Positions 51,772 through 64,000 of a stretch of DNA of 64,000 nt are shown in pieces. Origin of the DNA: Octopus sinensis (lineage: Eukaryota); assembly GCF_006345805.1 (NCBI RefSeq), contig NC_043005.1, forward strand, positions 87,606,001-87,670,000. The letters run 5' to 3'. Both the position numbers and the translations under genes were made by a program. The notes beneath the pieces were generated by a model. It was not told where the DNA came from and ran no database searches. It saw only the letters and a list, made by a program, of their open reading frames with translations. How positions within the stretch are numbered: position 1 is the first letter of the stretch; every line of letters starts with the position of its first letter.

Positions 51772-51942
51772 ACCTATCCATTCTTGTTGCTTCTTTCTCG
51801 CTTATAATCACCCCACATTACTGTATTGTTAAAACCGTATAGTTTTTTTTGGTGCATCTAAGTTAGGTACCATATTCAAGTAAATTCATTTAAATTAACT
51901 TGAATCTTTATTGCTTTTTGTATATATATATATATATATATG

Positions 51943-52024
<82 letters not shown>

Positions 52025-52028
<4 letters not shown>

Positions 52029-52585
52029 GATATAGTGTATATTTAAACACATAAGGAATTCACTTGTAGGAATTCTACACACTAGAAAGAACAAGTAGGT
52101 TCTATAACCACAAAAATTAGGGATAAATTCGACAGGAATGAATTGAAAAATGAAAAATATTTTACCATCTAGTTTCCTGGACCAATTGGTTTCTGATCTT
52201 ATTTTAGCGAATCAAGGAACTCACTAGTTATGATCTTCTTCAGCAGTTCCACCGTGTGTATATGTTTAACCTTAGGTGGAACTGTTGAAGAAGATCATAC
52301 CTTGCGAGTTCCTTGACTCGCTAAAATAAGATCAGAAACCAATTGGTCCAGGAAACTAGATGGTAAAATGCTCTTCATTTTGCAATTTGTTCCTGTCGAA
52401 TTATATCCCTAAACTTTGTGGTTATAGAACCTAGCTTTTCTTTCTAGCGTGTAGAATTCCTACAATTGGATTCCTTATGTGTTTAAATATACACTATATC
52501 GTATGACTAATATTTAGTCTTTTTACACGTTAAACCACTGGAAACGTAAATTTTAATTAATTTCCATTTCCCTTTGATATGATTA
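52025..52585. mobile_element. Fold-back PLE-type insertion (~230 bp arms) in (TA)n with hammerhead-like motif
   Basis: Arms 52025-52253 / 52275-52504 with an ~80 bp tail on the right. The left arm on minus reads CUG-CUGAAGA-AGAUC...GAUCA-GAAACCAAUUGGUC-CAG. Confidence 0.85.
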
Positions 52586-52627
52586 TATATATATATCATG
52601 GGATGTGTATATATATATATATATATA

Positions 52628-53648
52628 CTAGCATTAAAGACCCCTCGTTGCCGGGTCATAGTGCTAGTGCATGTATATATGTGTATATATATGTGTATAT
52701 ATTACATGTACATCTATATATATACATCTACACATAAAATACAAAATACAAAGTTATATCTTGATATCGCTAGTGATAACAATACTCAAAATATATAACA
52801 GACTGGAATTGTTAGCCCGTCTCTTGTAATTTCGATCAATTGTATTTTGTCCTCCCTCTTGTATAGAAGTGTAGCTACAATTCAGCCTACCTCTATTTCG
52901 GGGGGGGGGGAGGGTAAAAATTTTTTCCGGTACGTCCTACGTCCCAGATATAAAGGTAAAAATAAAATATTTCCACTTTTCAAGTTCGAGTCGAGTACTC
53001 CCTTGCGCGCTCCGTTGACTCGAACCTTGCTTCTATTGAGGCGAATTTACCGCCTCTAATTAGATGTCTTTCATAGTCGCATCAAGACACTTTTCGAAGG
53101 TGCATTTCTCCATGTGTTCAAATCTTCTTTTTTCTTTACATTGCATAATTTATAGACAATAGTCTTTTCTTTAATTTAATTTTTTATTATCCATCTGGAC
53201 TATTCCATTTCTGCACGCTAATTTTATTTTTAATTTATTCCCATTCATGTGAAACCACTTATTTAAGTTCAAGTCATTGATGCAATTTTATACCAATTGC
53301 TATTTTTATCTTTTCTATGTTACGATTATATTATACTTTAGTTTGATTTTAATTATTACTTACTACATATAAGTCAATTGTTATTATTATTTTTATTGTT
53401 AAAGTGAAAGTATTCGACATAAAATACAGAAATGTTTTTGTTTCACTTTTAACACGTAATACTGAAATAGTGGAGAAGATATGATATTGCTATGGGCTTA
53501 CTCTAGGCAAGAAGTTCAAAGTTTTTTGCCCGTGACACTCCCCGGACCCTAATTTGAATGAATTTTGTTGTGTAGTTCTCAAGTTTTAGGGAAACACACA
53601 GACAGACAGTCAGACAGGCACACATTCTCAGTTTTATATATATAAAGA
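52628..53648 (-). mobile_element. Non-autonomous Helitron
   Basis: A|TCTTTATATATATAAAAC start, like the 14132 end; hairpin GACCCGGCAACGAGGGGTC; CTAG|T end. Confidence 0.82.
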
Positions 53649-55007
53649 TATATACACGCATCCTATGAGAAATGATGTGCACCCATGTTTCGCAATTTTT
53701 GTGACTCATCAACATCACGTACCTGAATTGTACGAGATTCGAATGGAATCGCCAATCTATTAATATATATAAATACGTTAAAAACTATTTGCTGGTATGC
53801 CCGGTCGATGCGGTGTAAGGCTAATCTCAATGACACCCAACATAATGGGGGAGACATCCTTCCCCACCGGCGCCATGGGACAGCGAAAGGGCGAATGAAC
53901 AAAACATACACATTGAGTACGCGCGGTCGATAATGTGTGTGTGTGTGTGTGTGTGTGTGTGTTGTGTGTGTTTGTGCGTGTGTGTGTTTGTTAGTGTGTG
54001 TTAGTGTTCGATAACCCGCTTGCTTCAAAACTAGTGTTGGATTGTGTTACATCGCCGTTCATAGTACTTCGGCAAAAGAAATCAATGAAACAGGTGCTAG
54101 AAAAACAAACATCTGTACTGGGTTTGATTTGTATGATTAAAACCCTTCAAGGGATTTCTTCAGCATGGCAGCAGTCCAAGAAATGGAACAATTAAAAGAT
54201 AAAAGATATAGAAAATCATTAGAATATGCTCAGTGGAAATGTAGCTGAAATTTCATGCACATATTTTTGTCTTCATCCATGCAGTTGTCAGCTCAACGAT
54301 ATTAAATTAAAACTGATGCCTTCCTATACAGAGAAGTTTAATCTATTTATCAGTCGTCTGTCAAGGATTGAAGTTTTTCAGTTAGATTGTCTAATAGCTG
54401 CCCCATTGTCTTATTTCGGACACCATTTATTTCCTGTTCTACTTACTACAATACAACACTATTTTCTTTCGTTTATTTTTTATTCTCCATATTGCTATGG
54501 GTAGGCAATTTTCTTTTCTATCAGGAGATATTATTGGAAAAAATGCTTTTGACAGCTTGTTGCCCTTCTTCTAGTTAACCAATAGATTGTCAAGTTGGAG
54601 GAAAAACAATAATTTTCTTTTATGGGGTATAGAACATAATAATTGGAAAATATTTACAGACCCGTGTAGCCAAAAGCCTCTTGAAGAATGTCTTTTGTAC
54701 GTCTTAGCGGAGTGTTGTGAAGTAGATTTACCCAATTAATGCTCTGTTACAATTTGCCTGAAACATAGGAAATTTGGTCGATTTGCAAACTGTGATGGCC
54801 AGCTTTTGTATTGTCTAAGCTTAATCTTCTTTCTAACAGTAAATTCTTATAATGGACTGCAAATATTTGTCAGTATATGAGATTCATGTTAGTTTTACAT
54901 GGAATTCATAAAAATTACATCACACATAGAGCAGAAATACACACATAGTCACACATACACACGCACATACACACTATATATGTATGTATATACATAATAT
55001 TATATAT

Positions 55008-55061
<54 letters not shown>

Positions 55062-55062
<1 letters not shown>

Positions 55063-55456
55063 GTAGGTCCCGGGTTGATTCGGGGTTAACCACAGTAAAT
55101 AAGGTACTCAATACATAGCAGAGTAAAATTAATTTATTATATAGAAGGAGCTTCTACAGGACTAGAACTTTTTCATTCAAGAGAAATCTTCAGGAAGCTA
55201 GTTAACAAGAATTGTATTGGCATTTATACATTTAGGCAGGTTTAAAGGGGTGTTGGTGGGGGACTTTTTGGGGGTAGGCATAGCGCAAATATCATACTTG
55301 GGGGAGTTTATGTATATGTAGGTACGTAGAGTTATCTATGTGTGTATATATTTGTACATGTGTGTAAGTATGTATATATATATATGTGTATGTGTGTGTG
55401 TGTATATATATATGTGTATATATGTATATGTATATATATGTGTATATATGTATGTA

Positions 55457-55495
<39 letters not shown>

Positions 55496-56189
55496 AAGTT
55501 TATATGTATGTATCCGTCTATATAATAGGTAACTGCACGTACATATACTTAATATTTATTATTTATTATTTATTTTTTGAGTATGCATGTATGAATAACT
55601 GCGCGTATATATATTTTACTATTTACTTATTTTTTGAGTATGCAGTAAGTATGAATATAAGGAGGCGCGTGTGGTTGTGTGTATGTGTAAGCATAGATAT
55701 ATGTATACTTTTACGCATGTGTGTACTTATGTGTATATATGGATGCGCGCGTGTGGGTGTGTGTATGGGTACGCATGTACATGTGTATGCGTGTATGTGT
55801 ATATGAGTATGTATGTATGTGTGTGCGTATATTTGTATATGTATGTATGTATATGTATGTGTGTGTATGAATATATATATGTATATATATATATATAACC
55901 GCCAGACTTCGTATTCGTTATCTATTCCTTCTGTTTTGCATATGTGAATTACAGGGTCTGTCATGCCCGGAGTCCAACTTTGATAGAAATAAGCATTCTT
56001 GACTGCTATTTTTTCGGTATGCGGTCAAGCAACCTGTTTTGCCTGTCCCTTTTCTTATATACAATATATATACTGAACTTTACAGAAGTTCCTGCCGGTA
56101 ATCGGCTATATTTACATACCGAATTCTACCAGTAAATAATTGGGGTTTTTTTAAAAGCCTTTATAGAAATTATTTACTCTTATTATTAC

Positions 56190-56235
<46 letters not shown>

Positions 56236-57580
56236 TATATATGTATGTATGTGGGTGTGTGTATGTGTATAAATGTATGTATGTATGGATGTATGGATGT
56301 ATGTATGTATGTATACGTATGTATGTGTATGTGTGTATATGTATGTATGTGTATGTGTGTATATATGTGTATATGTGTGTATATGTGTATATATGTGTAT
56401 ATATGTATATATATGTACATATGTGTATATATATGTGAATATATATATATATATATATGTATACATGTATGTATTTGTATGTAGGTGTACGTGTATGTGT
56501 GTGTATTTATATTTATTGGTGTATATGTATAGACTAGCCTTCTAAGAGTGTAGACATGAATCTGTAGGTACGCGTACGTATGTGTATATACGTGAATGTA
56601 TGTAGATGTATGTATGTATGAATATAACGCGTGCGTGCGTGTATGTGTACGAGTGTACGAATGAGTGAGTGTACGTGCTAAAGAGTGTGCGTGAGTGAAT
56701 GAGTGCTTGTTTTCCAGTAGACAGATAAATGGACTGGCTGTCATAGCCAAGATGTTTGTGACCAAGCGGCCAAAGATAACAAAAGTAATAAACGAAGATA
56801 ATAAAATTAAAATTAGGGAATGGGTCTGTATTTGTATGTGTATATATATATGTGTGTATTTGTAGGTATGCATAGGTACACATATGTAATATATTATATA
56901 TATATATATATATTATGTGTATGTATGTGTGTGTATATATGTGTGCATGTGTATATTGTGTATATAGGGTCTAGTGTGCTGTGTGTGCATGTGTGTGTGT
57001 GGATTTGTGTGTGTATGCGTGTATGTGAGTATGTGTGTGTATGTGTATATATATTTTTCTGTGTGTATATGTATGTGTGGTCGTGTGTGTATATATACAT
57101 GTGTGTATATATACATGTGTGTATACGTGTATGCATGTGAGTGTGTGTATGTATACATATATGTGTATGTGTAGATATGTATATGTATGTGTAAGTGTAT
57201 ATATATGTATATATATATGTGTGTGTATGTATATGTATATATGTTTGTATGCGTGTATATATATGTATACATATGTGCATAGGTATAAGTGAGAATCTCC
57301 TTATTTACCTAAAACTCTATTCCCCTTTTTTTATATATAAATTTTTTATATATATATTTTTTTTATTTTTTTATTTTTTTTATTTATTCTTCTATCTAAT
57401 TTAACACTGACTCCTTGACCACTCCCCCAAGTATGATATTTGCGCTATGCCTACCCCCAAAAAGTCCCCCACCAACACCCCTTTAAACCTGCCTAAATGT
57501 ATAAATGCCAATACAATTCTGTTAACTAGCTTCCTGAAGATTTCTCTTGAATGAAACGTTTCTAGTCCTGTAGAAGCTCC

Positions 57581-57588
<8 letters not shown>
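55062..57588. mobile_element. PLE-type element with ~168 bp inverted arms around 2.1 kb of mostly low-complexity DNA
   Basis: 55138-55307 and 57421-57588 are near-identical inverted copies. The left arm has a ~75 bp extra tail. The right arm contains CUGAAGA-UUUC..GAAU-GAAACGUU. Confidence 0.8.
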
Positions 57589-57627
<39 letters not shown>

Positions 57628-57954
57628 CCAAAGAACGGAAGAACAGCGTAACGGACGGCAATAAAAATATACGGAGAGATGGATGATACAAAGACGGACA
57701 GGAACATGCGTGGCTTTCTGTTCAACGGTCAAAGTTTCAATTATCACTACACTTTCGGCCTGTTTCATTTGAGACTGTTCAAAATAGGTAGGCCTCAAAA
57801 ATCTAAGGTGAGGGCATTTAAATTTTGGAAGAAAACGGGTGAATATGTGCCACAACACGGAGAAAGAAAAAAAAACGAGAAAACGGAGCAAGTGTTACAC
57901 GATTCCAAATACAAACAACAAAAATAACAACAGGTGTCTTTCGACTGAGGAGCT

Positions 57955-58108
57955 TATTTTAGTTTCATTCTACCAAACCTACTGAGAAGACTTCGGTCGG
58001 CCCGAGACTACAATAGCAGAAACTTAACTAAGGTGTCACACAGCGGGAATGAATCCGGAACCATATGGCTTCGAGGCGAACTTGTTACTATGCAGCCATG
58101 CCTACGCT
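57955..58108 (-). mobile_element. CORE-like SINE family A, degenerate
   Basis: Similar to 11428-11591. Confidence 0.7.
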
Positions 58109-58439
58109 TTAAATAAAATATTAGAATATATGTGCATCAAAATCTACACAAGGGAAGGAGGCGGATGTTATTGAATTCACGAGAGAAATAAAAACAAAAT
58201 TACTCTATGGTTAATATTTGCAGAAATTAATGGAAGCTGTGGGAGCTTGTGATATATTAATGCAGGAGGGGGGGATATGATAAGACGAAGCTGAGTCGAA
58301 GGGGTGAGTGTAAAGGGGGCTGAAACTAAAGACGAAGGAAAAGAGTGAAAATGAAAGGCTACGAGAACTATAGAAGGAATGAGAGATATGTAATACACAA
58401 AGAATATATATATTGCATATTCGTGCGTGTATATATATA

Positions 58440-58440
58440 T

Positions 58441-58481
<41 letters not shown>

Positions 58482-58490
58482 GAGACAGAC

Positions 58491-58559
<69 letters not shown>

Positions 58560-58628
58560 CGTACATACATACATACATACATACATACATACATACATAC
58601 ATACATACATACATACATACATACATAC

Positions 58629-58718
<90 letters not shown>

Positions 58719-58730
58719 TGATAGATAGAC
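58440..58730. repeat. (GATA)n-(CATA)n-(GATA)n microsatellite
   Basis: Directly visible. Confidence 0.97.
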
Positions 58731-59332
58731 AGTTAGAGAAACAGAGAGAAATGTATTGTTACTCAGAAAGGAATTAACGTTGAGAGAAGACAATAGAGAC
58801 CTCGTGGGAGGTGTCCGTAAAACTTTCAAAAATACACACACACACAAATACACACACACATACATATATAATTACACATACAAACACACAAATGCATGTG
58901 TGTGTGAGAAAGACAGAAGCATGTGCACGTACGTGTGTATGCAGCGATATGTGTGATTTCATGCTCATAACTTATGTATATCAATATAACAGGTTATACA
59001 GAAGACATGACGAAGCTCGGCTATAGAACATTATCTCTATTGGAAAGTTACATTAAGTTTTAAACATCAACATTCTTATGGTCTCAAACGTTTTAAAACT
59101 TCTACTTCATGATCTAATGGCACCAATAATTGCGACGATTTGTTACGGTGTATTATAGCAGGCATCTAGGGATCATTTAAATAATGGTCTAATTGAATAT
59201 AACGTCTTTCGTGTATTTTAAATCGTTGGTGAACAAGCGAATTTCATTGGTGATTTTACGACTGATAGGTGATGGATCTCTGCTGATTTGGGCATTTAAT
59301 TTTAAGTTAATAGAGCTTACTTACTATATGTA

Positions 59333-59411
<79 letters not shown>

Positions 59412-59809
59412 ATATCTCTCTCTCTATATATATATATATATCTGTCGGTCTGTCAGTTTTTCTATCTTCTACTTACCTCTCTTTCATTCCTCTCTCTCTC
59501 TCTTTATATATATATCTATATAATATATAATATATATATATATATATAATATATATAATATATATATACCTATATCTATGTAATATATATGAGTGTATCT
59601 ATATATATATATATGCATATCTATCGCTCCCTCTAAATAGGTTATTTGTCTATGTTTTATACAAACACATATACATGCATACATGCATTTATACATAAAC
59701 ACTTATGTGTTTGTGAGCGTGTGTGTATGTGTGTATAGAAACATAAATATGCGGATAGATACATACAGATATAGATACCTGTAAGCAGTTAAATATATAT
59801 ATATATATA

Positions 59810-59858
<49 letters not shown>

Positions 59859-60469
59859 TATAATATAAATCGCGACACATATATATGTATGTGCACATGT
59901 GTGGTGGGTATAGATAGACAAAAGAAAGATGGGGCAATTTCCAACTCTCGACTCCAGAATGTCCGCAAATGCATTTTTTCCTCATAAAATTCATTCGAAA
60001 TTTATAGGCATACAATTTTCTAAACGAATACGTATGCATTCACATACATACATACATACATACATACATACATACATACATACATACATACATACATACA
60101 TACATACATACATACATGCATACATACATATGTACATACATATATACACACGCACATTTATGTTTATATGTATGCATATATGTTTATATATATAATTATA
60201 TATATATATATGAATATATAGTAATATATATATATATAGGTAAGGATAGCTATGCCTATAAATATATATCCACATATATAAATAAATACATGTGAATATG
60301 TACATGCATATATATACACACATATATAGATATATATCTTTATAGCTGTGTTTCATTTATATATGTTTATTAAATGGGTAATGACCTCCTCGGGTGGCGA
60401 ATAACGATGGGATTTCATTTAGAGAATTCCACTCCCAAGGACAGGGCAGAGCAAGATTGTTTATGCATA

Positions 60470-60690
60470 CCAGCCTCTCTTCTCATCGTCACGAACGTTA
60501 TTTGAGGAAAAGCAAAGGGTCCTATACAACTTGGCCCCAGTGACGTCAGAACTCATTTCTGCATCCGAGTGAACTAGAGCAACGTGAAATAAAGCGTTTT
60601 GCTCAACAACACAACACGCAGCCAGGTCCGGGAATCGAAATCACTACCTCATGATTGTGAGCCCGACGCTCTAACCGCTGAGCTACGCGC
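60470..60690 (-). mobile_element. CORE-like SINE family B
   Basis: Minus strand GCGCGTAGCTCAGCGGTTAGAGCG...ATTTCGATTCCCGG...TTGAGCAAAACGCTTTATTTCAC. Confidence 0.85.
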
Positions 60691-60713
60691 TTATTATATA
60701 CATATATTTATTT

Positions 60714-60941
60714 TTTCTTTACTACCCACAAGGGGCTAAACATAGATGGGACAAACAAGGACAGACAAACGGATTACGTCGATTATATCGACTTCAGTGC
60801 GCAACTGGTATTTAATTTATCGACCCAGAAAGGATGAAAGGCAAATTCCACCTCGGCGAAATTTGAACTCAGAACGTAGGGGCAGACGAAATACCGCAAA
60901 GCATTTCGCTCGGCGTGCTAACATTTCTGCCAATTCGCCAC
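60714..60941 (-). mobile_element. Meta-like SINE, full length with Tx1-like tail
   Basis: Matches 32868-33100. Confidence 0.88.
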
Positions 60942-61053
60942 TTTTGTTATATACATACATATCTTTCCGTTTATATACTTGTATATGCAGGAATATTCAT
61001 ATTTATGTAGATATGTGTGCATATGTATGTGTGTGTGTATGTGTGTGTGTATG

Positions 61054-61101
<48 letters not shown>

Positions 61102-61514
61102 TGTGTATACATATATATACGTGCATGCATATGTGTGTGGATATATTTCCATAATGTGTGCAAGAATATTGTGCTAATGAGCCTATTTCGATCCTAGGTT
61201 AGAGCGAGGAAAACCTTTCCCCCCTCTCCGAATCCCCGTGGGACCGTAAATCAATTGTGTGCATTGTCTAAATATACTAGTGGGAGTCATTAGTCACAAA
61301 TATAGACTAATGCAGTAAGCGTTCCACAGAGGTTCATCGAAGATTCTCTCTGCTTCACTAATTATAGGACACCCGCCATGTTTACTGATGTTACATTCTG
61401 ACAGCAGCTGTCTGTCTGTTTGCTCGTGGCCGTACTTCATTAGCATTCTGTGTATATGGGCGTTTATGTATTTGCACACTCACACACATACCTACGTATA
61501 CATCCACACAGATA

Positions 61515-61571
<57 letters not shown>

Positions 61572-61742
61572 TGTGTGTGTGTGTCATTCTATGTATATAT
61601 ACACATGTTTTAAACACACATAATCAGACAAAAACACAAACACTAATAAGTATACACATTCTTCATTCAACTGCCTATCAGACCACTTTGGAATTGTCCC
61701 TCAGTTTTTCTCTTTTTTCTCAGTATGATTGCATATATATAT

Positions 61743-61791
<49 letters not shown>

Positions 61792-61859
61792 TACATACAT
61801 ACATACATACATACATACATACTAATATACATACATATAAGTTAATATAATATATATAT

Positions 61860-62796
61860 GTTAAGGTATGTAGAAAAATACATGGACAAGAACGTATAAC
61901 TCATAGAAGACGATACAATAAACATGGACAGGACATTCGAACCCCTCAGTCTTCAGTCAAGAACCGGATCATCGTAGTAATTTCGGCATATATATACATA
62001 TATACATATATACATATATACATATATACATATATATATATATACATATGCATATAAATACATACATATAAATATATAGAGAGATATACATACATGCATA
62101 TATATATATATATGTAATGGAATAATTACTATGAAGCATTGTGTAGAATATAATATATAAAGAATCGTGGTTAATGTCAAACAATGCGAAGTAAATGCAA
62201 GTTAAATCACAAGAACACAAATATTTAAATCAATGTAGACTTACTTTGTACTCAATATTTTGCGTTCATGAACCCATTTTCAAGAAACTGACGAAGGTTG
62301 CCGTTGTGCGTATGTGTGAGCGTCTGTTGACGCAGACGATTTGCCACTATAAAAAGCATATAGTATTTTGCGTTTGGAATCCTTTCTCATCCTTAGCTGG
62401 TGATTGTCACACACTGACTTCGGGTTATTACCCAGAAACCCGGGTCCGTGTGTATCAAGTAAAGTTAGAGATGGGAAGGATGATTTCACTTTGCAATTAC
62501 TGATCGGACCCCGAAAGTGTGTCCGTTAGCCAACTGGAGGAGATATCTTCCTGGGGCTAGAAACAACAGTAGCGTTGTCCCATATGGATCAGCTACAGTT
62601 AGGTGTCATATATACTTCAAGATTTCATGCGGCTACTGTTTACATCGCGCTCAGAAGTTTATTATTGCTTGGGTATTTATGAAATTTTCTTTGATATATC
62701 TGCTAAGATGAGATGTTAGTGTTATTTTCATTTTTGCACAATTTAGAACGGCAGACTATTCACCCCAACCCTGTATATATATATATCTATATATTA

Positions 62797-62869
<73 letters not shown>

Positions 62870-62875
62870 ATATCA

Positions 62876-62909
<34 letters not shown>

Positions 62910-63350
62910 TCTATAAGATAAATGTTTTATATATAAAGAACGTGAAATACAGAAGGGACAAACACGGAACACAGACAAATCATTCGAAGCCTTCAATCTT
63001 CAGTCAGACACCGAATCATCATAGCAAATTTCGGCTGTTCAATTCTGATATTTGCTCCAACTCGGCCAGCCCCAAGAAAAAAAACTAAGCTGTAAGCATT
63101 AGATTTCTTGGTAGAAGACACGAATGTAAACGCACGAGACGGATGTAAATACGAGAGACGAAAACGAAATTGAAAACGGTAACGGTTAAACAAAATATAT
63201 ATTACGGTGGTTGTCATACGACTTTAGACCAAATGAGACAAAACACAAAACATAGCAGCAGGCGTAGAAATAATTACCTTTTCGGTAGAGGAGACAAATA
63301 CAGATGTTGGCGAGATACGATCGCCAACGAAATGGTGGAGAAGCAGCATA
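61860..63350. repeat. Two related (TA)n-embedded repeat fragments (about 61860-61988 and 62910-63350)
   Basis: Shared CATTCGAA.CC.TCA.TCTTCAGTCA..ACCG.ATCATC.TAG.AATTTCGGC segment. Confidence 0.6.
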
Positions 63351-63356
63351 TATATG

Positions 63357-63394
<38 letters not shown>

Positions 63395-63396
<2 letters not shown>

Positions 63397-64000
63397 GCAT
63401 CTGGCCACTCACCATCTCAAAACTGAATATTAAACTTACAGGATACACCGGGCCACAGGGAATTTCAATCCCAGAGCCTAAGTCTGTGAGGGACCTAGGT
63501 ATCGACATGAGTGATGATACCTATTTCCAAGTGCACATTACCAGGATGGCGACAAAGTGCAGACGACTGGCTGGATGGATCCTAAGAACATTCAGAACCA
63601 GAGATAAGGAAACCATGATGGTCTTCTGGCGGACATTCGTCTTCAGCCGCCTGGATTACTGCTCACAGCTATGGTCACCCACCAGTGTGAAATTAATAGC
63701 GGACCTTGAAGCCATCCAGAGAAGATTCACAAAGAAGATCGACTCTTTGCAACAGCTCAGCTACTGGGAAAGGCTGTAACAGCTAAGACTCTACTCCCTG
63801 GACAGAAGACGGGAGAGGTATGCAGTAATATATATCTGGAAGGAATTGTGCCAAATTTTGGCATTGTAAGCTACACCAATGCTAGAACAGGACGACACAG
63901 CATAGTGCCAAATATCCCAGCAATGCCATCACGCTTCAGGACCAGCTACTGCAACAGCCTAGGTTTCAAGGGCCCACAGCTTTTTAATATTCTCCCAAAG
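63395..64000 (+). mobile_element. CR1-like LINE, RT C-terminal region with stops, running off the window
   Basis: 'VRDLGI.MSDD..F..HI', 'WILRTF..R', 'SRLDYCSQLWSP', 'LEAIQRRFTK', 'LSYWERL*QLRLYSL.RRR.RY'. Confidence 0.9.

Larger units (their letters stand above)
48191..51920 (-). mobile_element. 5'-truncated Penelope-like element (Naiad-like) with ~430 bp inverted pseudo-LTRs in (TA)n
   Basis: Arms 48191-48619 / 51372-51801, plus a ~120 bp tail on the right arm only; ORF 51354-49771; 3' UTR about 1.6 kb; (TA)n on both sides. Confidence 0.93.

Noticed and set aside
53850-53900. HDV-like ribozyme (TCCCCAC..GGC..GG..GCGAATG)
   Set aside because: I could not build matching P1, P2 and P3 helices. 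Kept only as an unassigned structured candidate.
57745-57805. Hammerhead relic (GGCCT..AGGCC-GAAA on minus; similar GGCTG..CAGCC-GAAA near 63030-63075)
   Set aside because: A stem II-GAAA arrangement is present but the CUGANGA core is absent.

Overview
This is eukaryotic, AT-rich, non-genic DNA made almost entirely of microsatellites and transposable-element remnants. The SINE, LINE and Helitron families resemble those of an octopod cephalopod (inference). I found no convincing host protein-coding gene, and nearly all listed ORFs are translations of simple repeats. Recognisable elements: (1) three Tx1/L1-clade LINE copies inserted in the same strand and phase into (GATA)n tracts; (2) two R4/Dong-like RLE-type LINE ends in (TAA)n tracts; (3) several Penelope-like elements (PLEs), one with an open 527-codon RT-thumb/GIY-YIG frame, that sit mostly in (TA)n tracts as fold-back insertions with type I hammerhead ribozyme motifs in the arms; (4) a tRNA-headed SINE carrying an intact minimal hammerhead; (5) a Meta-domain-like SINE whose 3' tail matches the Tx1 LINE 3' end; (6) CORE-like SINEs, Helitrons, mariner and hAT MITEs, and RTE and CR1 fragments; (7) a locally templated ~790 bp inverted duplication that splits a LINE ORF1. 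The best candidates for something undescribed are the tRNA-SINE/hammerhead chimera and the microsatellite-partitioned retroelement set. All coordinates were read by eye and ends are approximate.
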